Positions 1-7,245 of a DNA stretch of 64,000 nucleotides are shown here, piece after piece; position 1 is the stretch's first letter, and every line of letters begins with the position of its first letter. The stretch is from Sumerlaeia bacterium. Its GTDB lineage: Bacteria > Sumerlaeota > Sumerlaeia > SLMS01 > JAHLLQ01. The position numbers and the translations under genes were made by a program. A model generated the notes under the pieces. That model had not been told where the DNA came from. It worked only from the letters and a program-made list of their open reading frames with translations, and did not search any database. The stretch is taken from positions 1 through 64,000 of the forward strand of contig JAVJSW010000049.1 of the NCBI GenBank assembly GCA_040219255.1, written 5' to 3'.

Positions 1-185
1 CCTGCGAAGGCGTGGATTGAAACCTATGCGACCGTCGAGATGCTGTCGCGGCGCTCTCTCCTTCGCCTTCCTGCGAAGGCGTGGCTTGTAACGTTAGATT
101 TCCAGAACGGAGGCAAGCGAAATGTTCATTCGCCTTCCTGCGAAGGCGTGGATTGAAACGCTTGCCTCCGTTCTGGAAATCTAAC
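1..185 (+). repeat. Inverted (fold-back) copy of the distal end of the CRISPR array
   Basis: Reverse-orientation repeats at 1-23 (partial), 61-92 (3 mismatches) and 128-159. Spacer 24-60 is the near reverse complement of spacer 218-254, and 160-185 is the truncated reverse complement of spacer 93-127. Confidence 0.9.
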
Positions 186-818
186 GTTTCAATCCACGCC
201 TTCGCAGGAAGGCGAATGAGAGAGCGCCGCGACAGCATCTAGAATGTCGCATAGGTTTCAATCCACGCCTTCGCAGGAAGGCGAATGTCCGCAGGACTGG
301 CAGACCGCCCCCGCTTCCCTGTTTCAATCCACGCCTTCGCAGGAAGGCGAATCTCTTCTATCCGTCCAGCATCGCTGTCGAATTTCGTTTCAATCCACGC
401 CTTCGCAGGAAGGCGAATGAAGCGCCACCGCCGACTTCGCTGCCTTCCTGAGTTTCAATCCACGCCTTCGCAGGAAGGCGAATGGGGCCGGGTTTTTTGC
501 CGGTGGGAGGATGCCAATGTTTCAATCCACGCCTTCGCAGGAAGGCGAATGAGCCCCTTCGGCACCGGCCCGATACGCGGCTCCTGTTTCAATCCACGCC
601 TTCGCAGGAAGGCGAATCACCTGACCCGGAAAATCAAAGTCCAAAGTGCGAGTTTCAATCCACGCCTTCGCAGGAAGGCGAATAGCCCGTGGGGATCAAC
701 AATCCGACCCGGCAATGGAGTTTCAATCCACGCCTTCGCAGGAAGGCGAATTTCGGAATGACACGGCGGGCGATGGCAACGTCCCCGTTTCAATCCACGC
801 CTTCGCAGGAAGGCGAAT
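186..818 (-). CRISPR. Type I-C CRISPR array, 10 identical 32-bp repeats and 9 spacers of 33-37 bp
   Basis: GTTTCAATCCACGCCTTCGCAGGAAGGCGAAT starts at 186, 255, 321, 387, 452, 519, 586, 652, 720 and 787. The minus strand reads ATTCGCCTTCCTGCGAAGGCGTGGATTGAAAC, with a 7-bp stem and the I-C-type GTGGATTGAAAC end. Confidence 0.98.
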
Positions 819-1003
819 CGGGTAGAGTCTAAGCCGAGCGTGTTCAAGGGCGCAAGGGCCGGTTTGCGCGAAGGTATTTTGCATACAATCAGTCTTGAAC
901 TAGGAATTAGCGAGAACCGTCGTAACTCTCCTTTGTTCAACCTTCGCGAATGACCTGCGTTTTGTGGTGTGGGGTGGGTTCGCGGGGCAGGAAACCGAGA
1001 GTT
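819..1003 (-). promoter_or_regulatory. CRISPR leader
   Basis: Non-coding, relatively AT-rich stretch between the cas2 stop and the first repeat, with GCGAAC/TTCGCG motifs. Confidence 0.8.
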
Positions 1004-1294
1004 CTAGATGATGATGGGGCCCTGCGGGTTGTAGCCTTGTTTCGCTCCGAAGTGTTCGACGCGTTTCTGCCAATTATTGCCTAAATAGTAGTATCTCAGG
1101 CTGTCCGTTTGGGGATCGATTGTGGATTCGAGTTGACCGCGAAGGACGGTCCATTGGGCTGGTTCCAGCAGGCATTCGAAGACGGAGTACTGCACGCGCT
1201 GCCCCCAGTTCTGGCAGGCTTTGGCCACTGTCCGCAGGCGCTTCTGGCCGGCCGGGGTGGTGGTTTGGACGTCGTAGGTGATGAGAACGAGCAT
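1004..1294 (-). CDS. cas2: CRISPR-associated endonuclease Cas2
   Basis: MLVLITYDV...RVQYSVFEC...DSLRYY; 96 aa; adjacent to the leader. Confidence 0.97.
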   Translation of the reverse strand: MLVLITYDVQTTTPAGQKRLRTVAKACQNWGQRVQYSVFECLLEPAQWTVLRGQLESTIDPQTDSLRYYYLGNNWQKRVEHFGAKQGYNPQGPIII

Positions 1295-1315
1295 GGCTGA
1301 GCGAGTCTCCCTTGG

Positions 1316-2344
1316 CTATTTCCAGAGGAACGGGGGATAGGCGTCGAGGTCGCCGCGCAGGTGGCGCGCGAGGAGGAGAGCCTGGGCGGCGAAAATTTGC
1401 CCGACGGCGATGGTTTCGCCCAGGAAAGGGTGGGCGATGGTTTCCTGTTTTCGCGTCTGCCAGGCGGAGAAGTAGTCGCGGCGGGCGTTATCGGTCATAC
1501 GGACGGCGCCGGTTTCGGCGGTTTGAAAGTCTTTGGCGGAGAGAACGCGGCGATTGATCAGGCTGAGCACGAAGCGGTCGCCGAGGGGGGCGCGCAGTTC
1601 TTCGAGGAGGTCGAGGGCGAGGCTAGGGCGCCCGGGCCGGTCCTGGTGCAGGAAGCCGATGGCGGGATCGAGACCGGCGGTTTCGAGCGCGGAGGCGGCG
1701 TCGTGGGCCAGGAGGCTGTAGGTGAAGGACAGGAGGGCGTTGACGTTGTCGAGGGGTGGTCGGCGCGACCGGCCTTTGAAGGTGAAGTGCTCCTTGTCGG
1801 CGCTGATGAAATGGTCAAACCGGTCGAAGTAGATGCGGGCCGCTTCGCCTTCGATGGCGCGGAGGGATTCGAGGCTGGCCGCTCCCTCGAGTTTGGGGAT
1901 CAGAAAGGCGAGTTGCTTAGCGGCGTGGCGCAGGGAATCGGGGTTGGCGGGATTGTTCTCGCGGGCGGCGCGCAGCAGAACGCCCCGGGAATTGGCGAGC
2001 TTTCCGGTCAGGAAAGCGCGGGCGATGGGCACGGCGTGCTCCTCGCTGTCGGAGGCCCGGTGCTGGGCGCGGCGCAGCAGCACGTTGCCGTGGACCGGCC
2101 CGGTGACGCGCGCGAGGAAGCGGCCGTTGCGGGTCAGGAAGGACACGGCGATGTTGCGGTCGGCCGCCGCGCCGAGGAGGAACGGGCTCGCCATGACCCG
2201 CCCTGCGCAGACGATGCCTTCGAGCGTGTGGAGCGGCAGGGCAAGCTTGCGCTCCTGCTCGACGGAAACGACCACGGTTTCGCCTTCCAGGTTCAAGTAG
2301 GCGCCGTCTGTGTTGACGAACAGGGTGTTCAACAGGCGCTTCAT
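1316..2344 (-). CDS. cas1: Type I-C Cas1
   Basis: Start at MKRLLNTLFV overlaps the cas4 stop. Motifs EGEAARIYF, RRPPLDNVNALLSF, GFLH.DRPGRPSLALDLLEELR and C-terminal YPPFLWK. Confidence 0.97.
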   Translation of the reverse strand: MKRLLNTLFVNTDGAYLNLEGETVVVSVEQERKLALPLHTLEGIVCAGRVMASPFLLGAAADRNIAVSFLTRNGRFLARVTGPVHGNVLLRRAQHRASDSEEHAVPIARAFLTGKLANSRGVLLRAARENNPANPDSLRHAAKQLAFLIPKLEGAASLESLRAIEGEAARIYFDRFDHFISADKEHFTFKGRSRRPPLDNVNALLSFTYSLLAHDAASALETAGLDPAIGFLHQDRPGRPSLALDLLEELRAPLGDRFVLSLINRRVLSAKDFQTAETGAVRMTDNARRDYFSAWQTRKQETIAHPFLGETIAVGQIFAAQALLLARHLRGDLDAYPPFLWK

Positions 2345-3036
2345 GGCACCTCCTCTTCCGTGGCCAGCATCGCCGCCAATTGCCGGCGGGTGTGGGCGGC
2401 GGCGCTGTGGTTTGCGCGGATGGATTTCGGCATACAGGTTTCGAAGAGCGAGCACTTGTCGCACTTGCGCTGGTAGATGGCCGGTGGCGTTCGCTTGCTT
2501 CGCACCATGTGGTGAAGTTGGCGGACCAACTCGGTGGTTTTCGCGCGCAGGCCGTCGCTGAAATCCACATCCACACGGCGGTGGCTTTTTCCGTAGAACA
2601 GGACACCGGCCGGGATGGTGACGCCGAAATGCTCCTCCAGGCAGATCGACTGGGCGCAGAGCTGGAGGCGAAAACTCTCCTGGTGCTGAACGCGGCCGCG
2701 TTTGTATTCGATGGGCAGGGGTTGCCAGAGTCCCTGGCGGCGGGGCAGGCGAGCGCCCGTTTCCCCGCGCCGGAATTCCACGACGTCGCACTTGCCGCTG
2801 AGGCCGAGCGTCAACGAGCGGATCGGCAGCGACCGCGCGATCAGCAAATCGCCGCGCGTCTCGCTTTCCTCCTGGCTGTGGGCGCGTTCGTGGAGGAGCG
2901 TTCCCTCCGCCGTGGCGCGGTTTTCCTCCCACTGCTGCTCGAGCAGATGGAGGGCCGCGCGGCGGGGACAGAACTCGAAATCCGCGATGGCGGACAGCGG
3001 CAGCAGATCGTCCTCATCGAAGAGCGCCGGGCTCAT
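2341..3036 (-). CDS. cas4: Cas4 RecB-like nuclease
   Basis: FCPRR, GKCDVVE, PIEYKRG, QLCAQ and C-terminal CDKCSLFETC (Fe-S cysteines). Confidence 0.96.
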   Translation of the reverse strand: MSPALFDEDDLLPLSAIADFEFCPRRAALHLLEQQWEENRATAEGTLLHERAHSQEESETRGDLLIARSLPIRSLTLGLSGKCDVVEFRRGETGARLPRRQGLWQPLPIEYKRGRVQHQESFRLQLCAQSICLEEHFGVTIPAGVLFYGKSHRRVDVDFSDGLRAKTTELVRQLHHMVRSKRTPPAIYQRKCDKCSLFETCMPKSIRANHSAAAHTRRQLAAMLATEEEVP

Positions 3037-3938
3037 TCACCGAACTTCTCCGTCAGGCTCACACTGGGCGGCAGGTCGGTGATGTCCTCCGGTTTCGGCA
3101 GGTTGTAATCGTCGATCGAGCGCGGCGTCTTGCCCTCGTCCTTCAGGTTAATCCGGCGTTCGATGCGTCCGAACAGCTTTTGCGCCGGAGCGTTGCCCAG
3201 GGAGCTTTCGTGCTCGAACACGTAGAGTCGTTGCGCTGCCATCGAGCCGCGGGATGCGGACCGGTCGATTTCGAACATCATGCCGAGGGCCTCCCACAGC
3301 AACTCCAGATCGGCGTAGGTGAAGCCCGTGTCGGTGGCGAAGTGCGGCGTGACGTAGCCGCGGGCGGCGTAGAGGCCGTAGGGCACCGTGTACTTGTGCC
3401 CCATCTCGGTCGAGCCAGCGGTTTCCGCCTGCTTCGTTTCCTTGGTGAACGCCACGCGGGTGATGCCGTGTTCCGTCTGGAAAATCGGGTGGATGGATCG
3501 GGCAAAGGTCACCTGCACCGGGCCGCGCACTTGGCCACAGTTGAATTCCTTGACGCTCATCACGGCGCCAAAGGCCCGGATGTCGAAGAAGTTTTCGCAC
3601 ATCCAATTCCGCGCGTCGGCGATCTTGTCTTTGCTGTCCTCCTTGGCCTTCAGCTTCAGGGCGTCGTAGGCTTTCGCCTGTTGGGAATAGAGGGAATGGC
3701 CGTGCTGGACATAGATCACGTGGGGCGGTTCGTTGGCGTGGCGGCGTTGGACGAAATCGCGGATTTTGCGTTTCAGGCTCACGTCGCTGACGAGGCCCTG
3801 ATTGGTTTCCGGGTCCAGCCGGGGCATGTTTCCGGCGTCCGGATCGCCGTTGGGGTTTCCGTCCTTCACATCGAAAAGGTAAAGGAAATCGTGGCGTTTG
3901 GTGACAACACCGGTGGTTTCTGCGACAGTTGCGGTCAT
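3033..3938 (-). CDS. cas7: Type I-C Cas7 (Csd2)
   Basis: GNPNGDPDAGNMPR, DVSLKRKIRD, FFDIRAFGAVM, GQVRGPVQ, VPYGLY. Confidence 0.96.
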   Translation of the reverse strand: MTATVAETTGVVTKRHDFLYLFDVKDGNPNGDPDAGNMPRLDPETNQGLVSDVSLKRKIRDFVQRRHANEPPHVIYVQHGHSLYSQQAKAYDALKLKAKEDSKDKIADARNWMCENFFDIRAFGAVMSVKEFNCGQVRGPVQVTFARSIHPIFQTEHGITRVAFTKETKQAETAGSTEMGHKYTVPYGLYAARGYVTPHFATDTGFTYADLELLWEALGMMFEIDRSASRGSMAAQRLYVFEHESSLGNAPAQKLFGRIERRINLKDEGKTPRSIDDYNLPKPEDITDLPPSVSLTEKFGE

Positions 3939-3980
3939 GGTGAAAAGTGCTCCTTGGAAGTGCGAAAAGTGGAAAAAGGG

Positions 3981-5954
3981 TCAGGACTTGAGATCGGCGG
4001 CGGCCAGGGCGGTTTCGTTCTCCACCTCCGGCTCGGTGGCGTCCTTCTTGGTGGCGTGTTCCTTGTAGTAACCGAGGATGAATTCGGCCTGATCACGGAC
4101 ATTGTGTTGCATCGGAATATGATCGAGAGAACTTATGATTTCCCCGATACGCTTCTGGAAATCGGCGGCACACCCCGCGCGTCCTTCCTGGCGCCGTAGT
4201 TGGCCCAGGAGCTTGTTCACCAGCTTGTGCACGTTGGGTTGCACGGCGCCCGGTGACGAACAGAACGCCGAGAAATAGCGGTCGCCGAGGGTCACATTCA
4301 GCTTCTCCGAGTCACGGCCTCGCTTGTTTGTTTTCGCATCCTGCACCTTCTCATAAACGGCGAACAGCCGCCCGAGCAGAAACGCGGTCGATTCCGTCGG
4401 CGGACCTTCCAGTTCCCGATCCATTTGGTAATCTCCTTTGGGGTCTTGTTGGCGGTAAAGTTGGTTCAGCAGCGCGCGCAGCAGCGCCGCCCGTTTGTGT
4501 CCGTCGAAGCGAACTCGGAATTTTTCGGTCCAGGTCCTGCGTGACTTACTTGATGCCGTCCCAGTGGACTCATTAGTTCCTTCGTCACTGGACTTCTTTT
4601 TCGGTTTCGAACGCAACACCCGCCCCACGGCGCCGTGCAGCAGCATCGCCGGCAGGGGCTTACCGAAGAGCACGGCCTGGAAAATGGCGGGCACGGCGGT
4701 GTCCGGCAGGTTCTGGGCGGGGGCGAGAACGGCGTCGCGGATTTCGGAGAAATTCAGCGGCGCCGAGACCTCCCCCTTATCCGCCACCGTCTTCATGGTT
4801 TTCTCCTGGCCTTCCTGCTTCGGCATCGGCCGGCGGTGTTCCAGGAACCAAGGCAGGCGAATCTCCGTTTCCGCCTGCCAGCGCAGCAGGTTCTCCCGCA
4901 GTTCGCCCAGCGTTCCGCTCGATGCCGCGCGCAGCATGATCCGCTTCTTGTTCACCGAAAAGCAGACCACGTGGAAGGCTTCGCCGTCCGGAAGATCGAC
5001 GTCCTTCTTCCCCTTCCAAGGCTGATGGAGAATGCGCAGCATTTCCTCTCTACCGCGTTCGGTGACATGCGAGGTCAAGAATTCATCGATATACGGAATC
5101 GGCCCCTTGCGCGTCCAAAACAGGAACCGCATGACTTCGTCGCCGGGGCCCGAGGGTTTGCGCTGGCGCACGATGAAGCGGTGTTCCGGCGCATTGGCCA
5201 GATGTTCGAACGCGGCGCAGTAGCCCTCCATCGCCTCCTGGCTCATGGGGGCGTTCTGGCCCTTCGTCCAGTTGTAGCTGGTGAAGGCTGCCTTGTCGAA
5301 AGAGGCCAGGATCGGCTGATCGGGCGAGAAACGCAGCCCCTTGTGCGTGTTCGCCAGGGGCACGTTGCGCTTGCCCGTCACCAGACATTGGGCGTCCGGA
5401 TCGGTCTTGAGCCCGGACGAGATGGCTTCCTCGAAAAAGCCCCCGTACCAGCGCCCAAGCGCCTCGTCCTCGATCAGCCGTTTGCCCATCGGGTGGGCGC
5501 CGCCGATTACCGTGAATGTGACGCGGTCGATCGGTTTGACCTTCAGGGTTTTGAGTTCGGCGTGGACCCGTTCGGCCAGGTCCGGTTCCTCGCGAAGGCG
5601 TTCCAGAAAGCGAAGGAGCGCCTTGGCCGTCTCCGACCCCGTTTCCTCCGCCGCTTGGCGCGTCAGTTCAAGGAGCCGGTCCTGCTTGCGGGTGTCCTTC
5701 GCCTCGTCATTGGGCGAGGGAATGGTTCGCGCCACCGTTTCCGAGAGCCACTTGATGTACTGCCCGGTGGTGGCGGCTTCGTTGCCCGCCGCCGCGAAGA
5801 CGTGTAGCTGTTCGTCCAGCCGATGGGCGTGTTTGAAGTCACCGTTCTGATCCAGGACGATTTCGCAGGCGATCTTGCCCTGGATGACGTGCGGCGCGCC
5901 CAGCACTTCCTCGCGGTGGGCGTGGGCGTAGTCGTAGAGTGCTTGCAGAATCAC
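3981..5954 (-). CDS. cas8c: Type I-C large subunit Cas8c (Csd1), divergent
   Basis: MILQALYDY start, QCLVTG, SFDKAAFTSY...GQNAP, AFLLGRLFAVYEKVQ, DQAEFILGYY; located between cas5 and cas7. Confidence 0.92.
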   Translation of the reverse strand: MILQALYDYAHAHREEVLGAPHVIQGKIACEIVLDQNGDFKHAHRLDEQLHVFAAAGNEAATTGQYIKWLSETVARTIPSPNDEAKDTRKQDRLLELTRQAAEETGSETAKALLRFLERLREEPDLAERVHAELKTLKVKPIDRVTFTVIGGAHPMGKRLIEDEALGRWYGGFFEEAISSGLKTDPDAQCLVTGKRNVPLANTHKGLRFSPDQPILASFDKAAFTSYNWTKGQNAPMSQEAMEGYCAAFEHLANAPEHRFIVRQRKPSGPGDEVMRFLFWTRKGPIPYIDEFLTSHVTERGREEMLRILHQPWKGKKDVDLPDGEAFHVVCFSVNKKRIMLRAASSGTLGELRENLLRWQAETEIRLPWFLEHRRPMPKQEGQEKTMKTVADKGEVSAPLNFSEIRDAVLAPAQNLPDTAVPAIFQAVLFGKPLPAMLLHGAVGRVLRSKPKKKSSDEGTNESTGTASSKSRRTWTEKFRVRFDGHKRAALLRALLNQLYRQQDPKGDYQMDRELEGPPTESTAFLLGRLFAVYEKVQDAKTNKRGRDSEKLNVTLGDRYFSAFCSSPGAVQPNVHKLVNKLLGQLRRQEGRAGCAADFQKRIGEIISSLDHIPMQHNVRDQAEFILGYYKEHATKKDATEPEVENETALAAADLKS

Positions 5955-6646
5955 GCGAGTGCCTCCTTCCAGTAGGCTTGTGCCATGTCGAGGGGGAATT
6001 CCACGACGCCGCCGCGGAGTTCGGCTTCAAAAAAACGCGGCATGCGGTTCTTGTCTCCGTGAACCACGTCGAACAGCATGCGGCCCAAATCGCGGTCGGC
6101 GGGCGGTTCGATTGTCATGTCTTCCGGCGGTTCGGCGGCGAAGTCGGCGGCGAACTCGCGGCACCCGAGACAGGGCGGACGGAAGAACTGCCCCTTCTCG
6201 ACACGGCGCCGGAACATCTCGGCGTACTTCACCGGGGGATTCGATTCCGAGTAACCGCCGGGCAAGTGGATCGCGGCGGTGATTTCATAGGCCACATCGC
6301 GCAGGGCGATGGTCTGGCGCTGGGTGCGGCCGACACCTTTGAGCGCTTCGTCGGCCATCAGGGGCTCGAAGTCCTTGCTGCCTTCCATCCAACCGATCGC
6401 GTCGGCTTTGGCGATTTTCGACTGCACTTCGTTTCGGCGCAGTGCGATGGTGCGGATCGGGCGCAAGACCCGGACGCGCCGCATGACCCAGCGGAATTCT
6501 GATTTCCACAGGATGGACTCGAGAATGCCGCGGCAAGCCGACGGCGTCGGGACATCGTAGCTGACCCGCTCGACCCGGCATTCGGGCCGGGTAAAGCAGG
6601 CGAAGTCGCCCCAGACGACCACGCTGACCTCCTGACTCATTTCCAT
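5951..6646 (-). CDS. cas5: Type I-C Cas5 (Cas5d, crRNA-processing)
   Basis: VWGDFACFTRPE..VERVSYDVPTPSACRGILESILWK and PCLGCREF; AAGGAG RBS 8 nt upstream of ATG 6646. Confidence 0.96.
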   Translation of the reverse strand: MEMSQEVSVVVWGDFACFTRPECRVERVSYDVPTPSACRGILESILWKSEFRWVMRRVRVLRPIRTIALRRNEVQSKIAKADAIGWMEGSKDFEPLMADEALKGVGRTQRQTIALRDVAYEITAAIHLPGGYSESNPPVKYAEMFRRRVEKGQFFRPPCLGCREFAADFAAEPPEDMTIEPPADRDLGRMLFDVVHGDKNRMPRFFEAELRGGVVEFPLDMAQAYWKEALA

Positions 6647-6973
6647 GAGATGGGCTCCTTTCATTGCGGTGAGGGACGCGGGGAGCCGAAAGACAAAGGA
6701 CAATTGCCCACAAAAACGACGTCCCGCGCAGGTGTGATTCTAGCTTTTCAACCGGTGAAGGTGATAGAAACCTTGCTCTCAAATTTTGTGAGGGAAGGCA
6801 AGCGAAATCTTTCGCTTAATATTCGCGAATGGGGCGGGGGCGAGTTTGGCCTTGCGAGAAGAAACCGCAAGGTCCAAGTTCGCATTGCTTACGAAAGCAA
6901 AGCTCGCGAGACACGGGGTTAAGGTCGTACTCGGCCCCGTGCTCGAGAGCCCCTTGTCGTGGATTCTTTGGCC

Positions 6974-7003
6974 TCATGGTGGGCCGCGGATGGGGTGAGA
7001 CAT
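6974..7003 (-). CDS. Candidate mini-ORF MSHPIRGPP* (putative CreT-like toxin or arrest peptide)
   Basis: AGGAGG (7015-7010), 6 nt, then ATG TCT CAC CCC ATC CGC GGC CCA CCA TGA. The stop overlaps an ATG that opens a 53-aa ORF (6977-6816). Confidence 0.5.
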   Translation of the reverse strand: MSHPIRGPP

Positions 7004-7070
7004 GAGTGCCCTCCTCTCTGGGAGAAAGAGGTCTCACAGGAGCTAGAGCCTTGCAACGATTATTTTCGCT

Positions 7071-7087
7071 TAGGATGCGTTAGCTTA
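7071..7087 (+). promoter_or_regulatory. Predicted target site of the CRISPR-like RNA; probable promoter region
   Basis: TAGGATGCGTTAGCTTA versus pseudo-spacer TAGGAAGCGTTTGCTCA: 14/17 match, with mismatches at 6, 12 and 16 (and 18). AATAAT (-10-like) lies on the minus strand at 7064-7059. Confidence 0.6.
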
Positions 7088-7103
7088 AGGATGCGGTGTA
7101 CAG

Positions 7104-7147
7104 AGAACAGAAATGGCCGCTCCAAAGGAAGGCCTCCGGAGCGGCCA
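7104..7147 (-). terminator. Intrinsic terminator ending the CRISPR-like RNA (and the cas3 transcript)
   Basis: Minus strand TGGCCGCTCC-GGAGG-cctt-CCTTT-GGAGCGGCCA followed by TTTCTGTTCT. Confidence 0.8.
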
Positions 7148-7212
7148 CTAGTGCTCGTAGTGCTGAGCAAACGCTTCCTAATTTCAATCCACCGATGCCA
7201 TAACACCAGAAT
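7104..7212 (-). ncRNA. CRISPR-like RNA (single diverged repeat, 33-nt pseudo-spacer, terminator), CreA/CreR-like
   Basis: 7212-7181 reads ATTCTGGTGTTATGGCATCGGTGGATTGAAAT. It has the same 32-nt length as the array repeat, identical positions 1-4 and 21-31, and a 7-bp stem retained by compensatory and G-U pairs. Confidence 0.8.
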
Positions 7213-7245
7213 CCACAGGACTGTCCGGCAAGGACCTGAGCTTTT

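Noticed and set aside
186-818. Self-targeting of the adjacent prophage by array spacers
   Set aside because: By eye I found only short GC-rich matches (e.g. spacer 419-451 versus cas5 near 6134-6152, spacer 618-651 versus about 10372), consistent with chance. A proper alignment was not possible.
285-940. ORFs of 158, 67 and 107 aa over the array
   Set aside because: They are translations of CRISPR repeats and spacers, not genes.
1316-2932. 538-aa Cas4-Cas1-like fusion suggested by the ORF track
   Set aside because: The N-terminal extension is an alternative frame over cas4. Cas1 starts at 2344 behind its own RBS.
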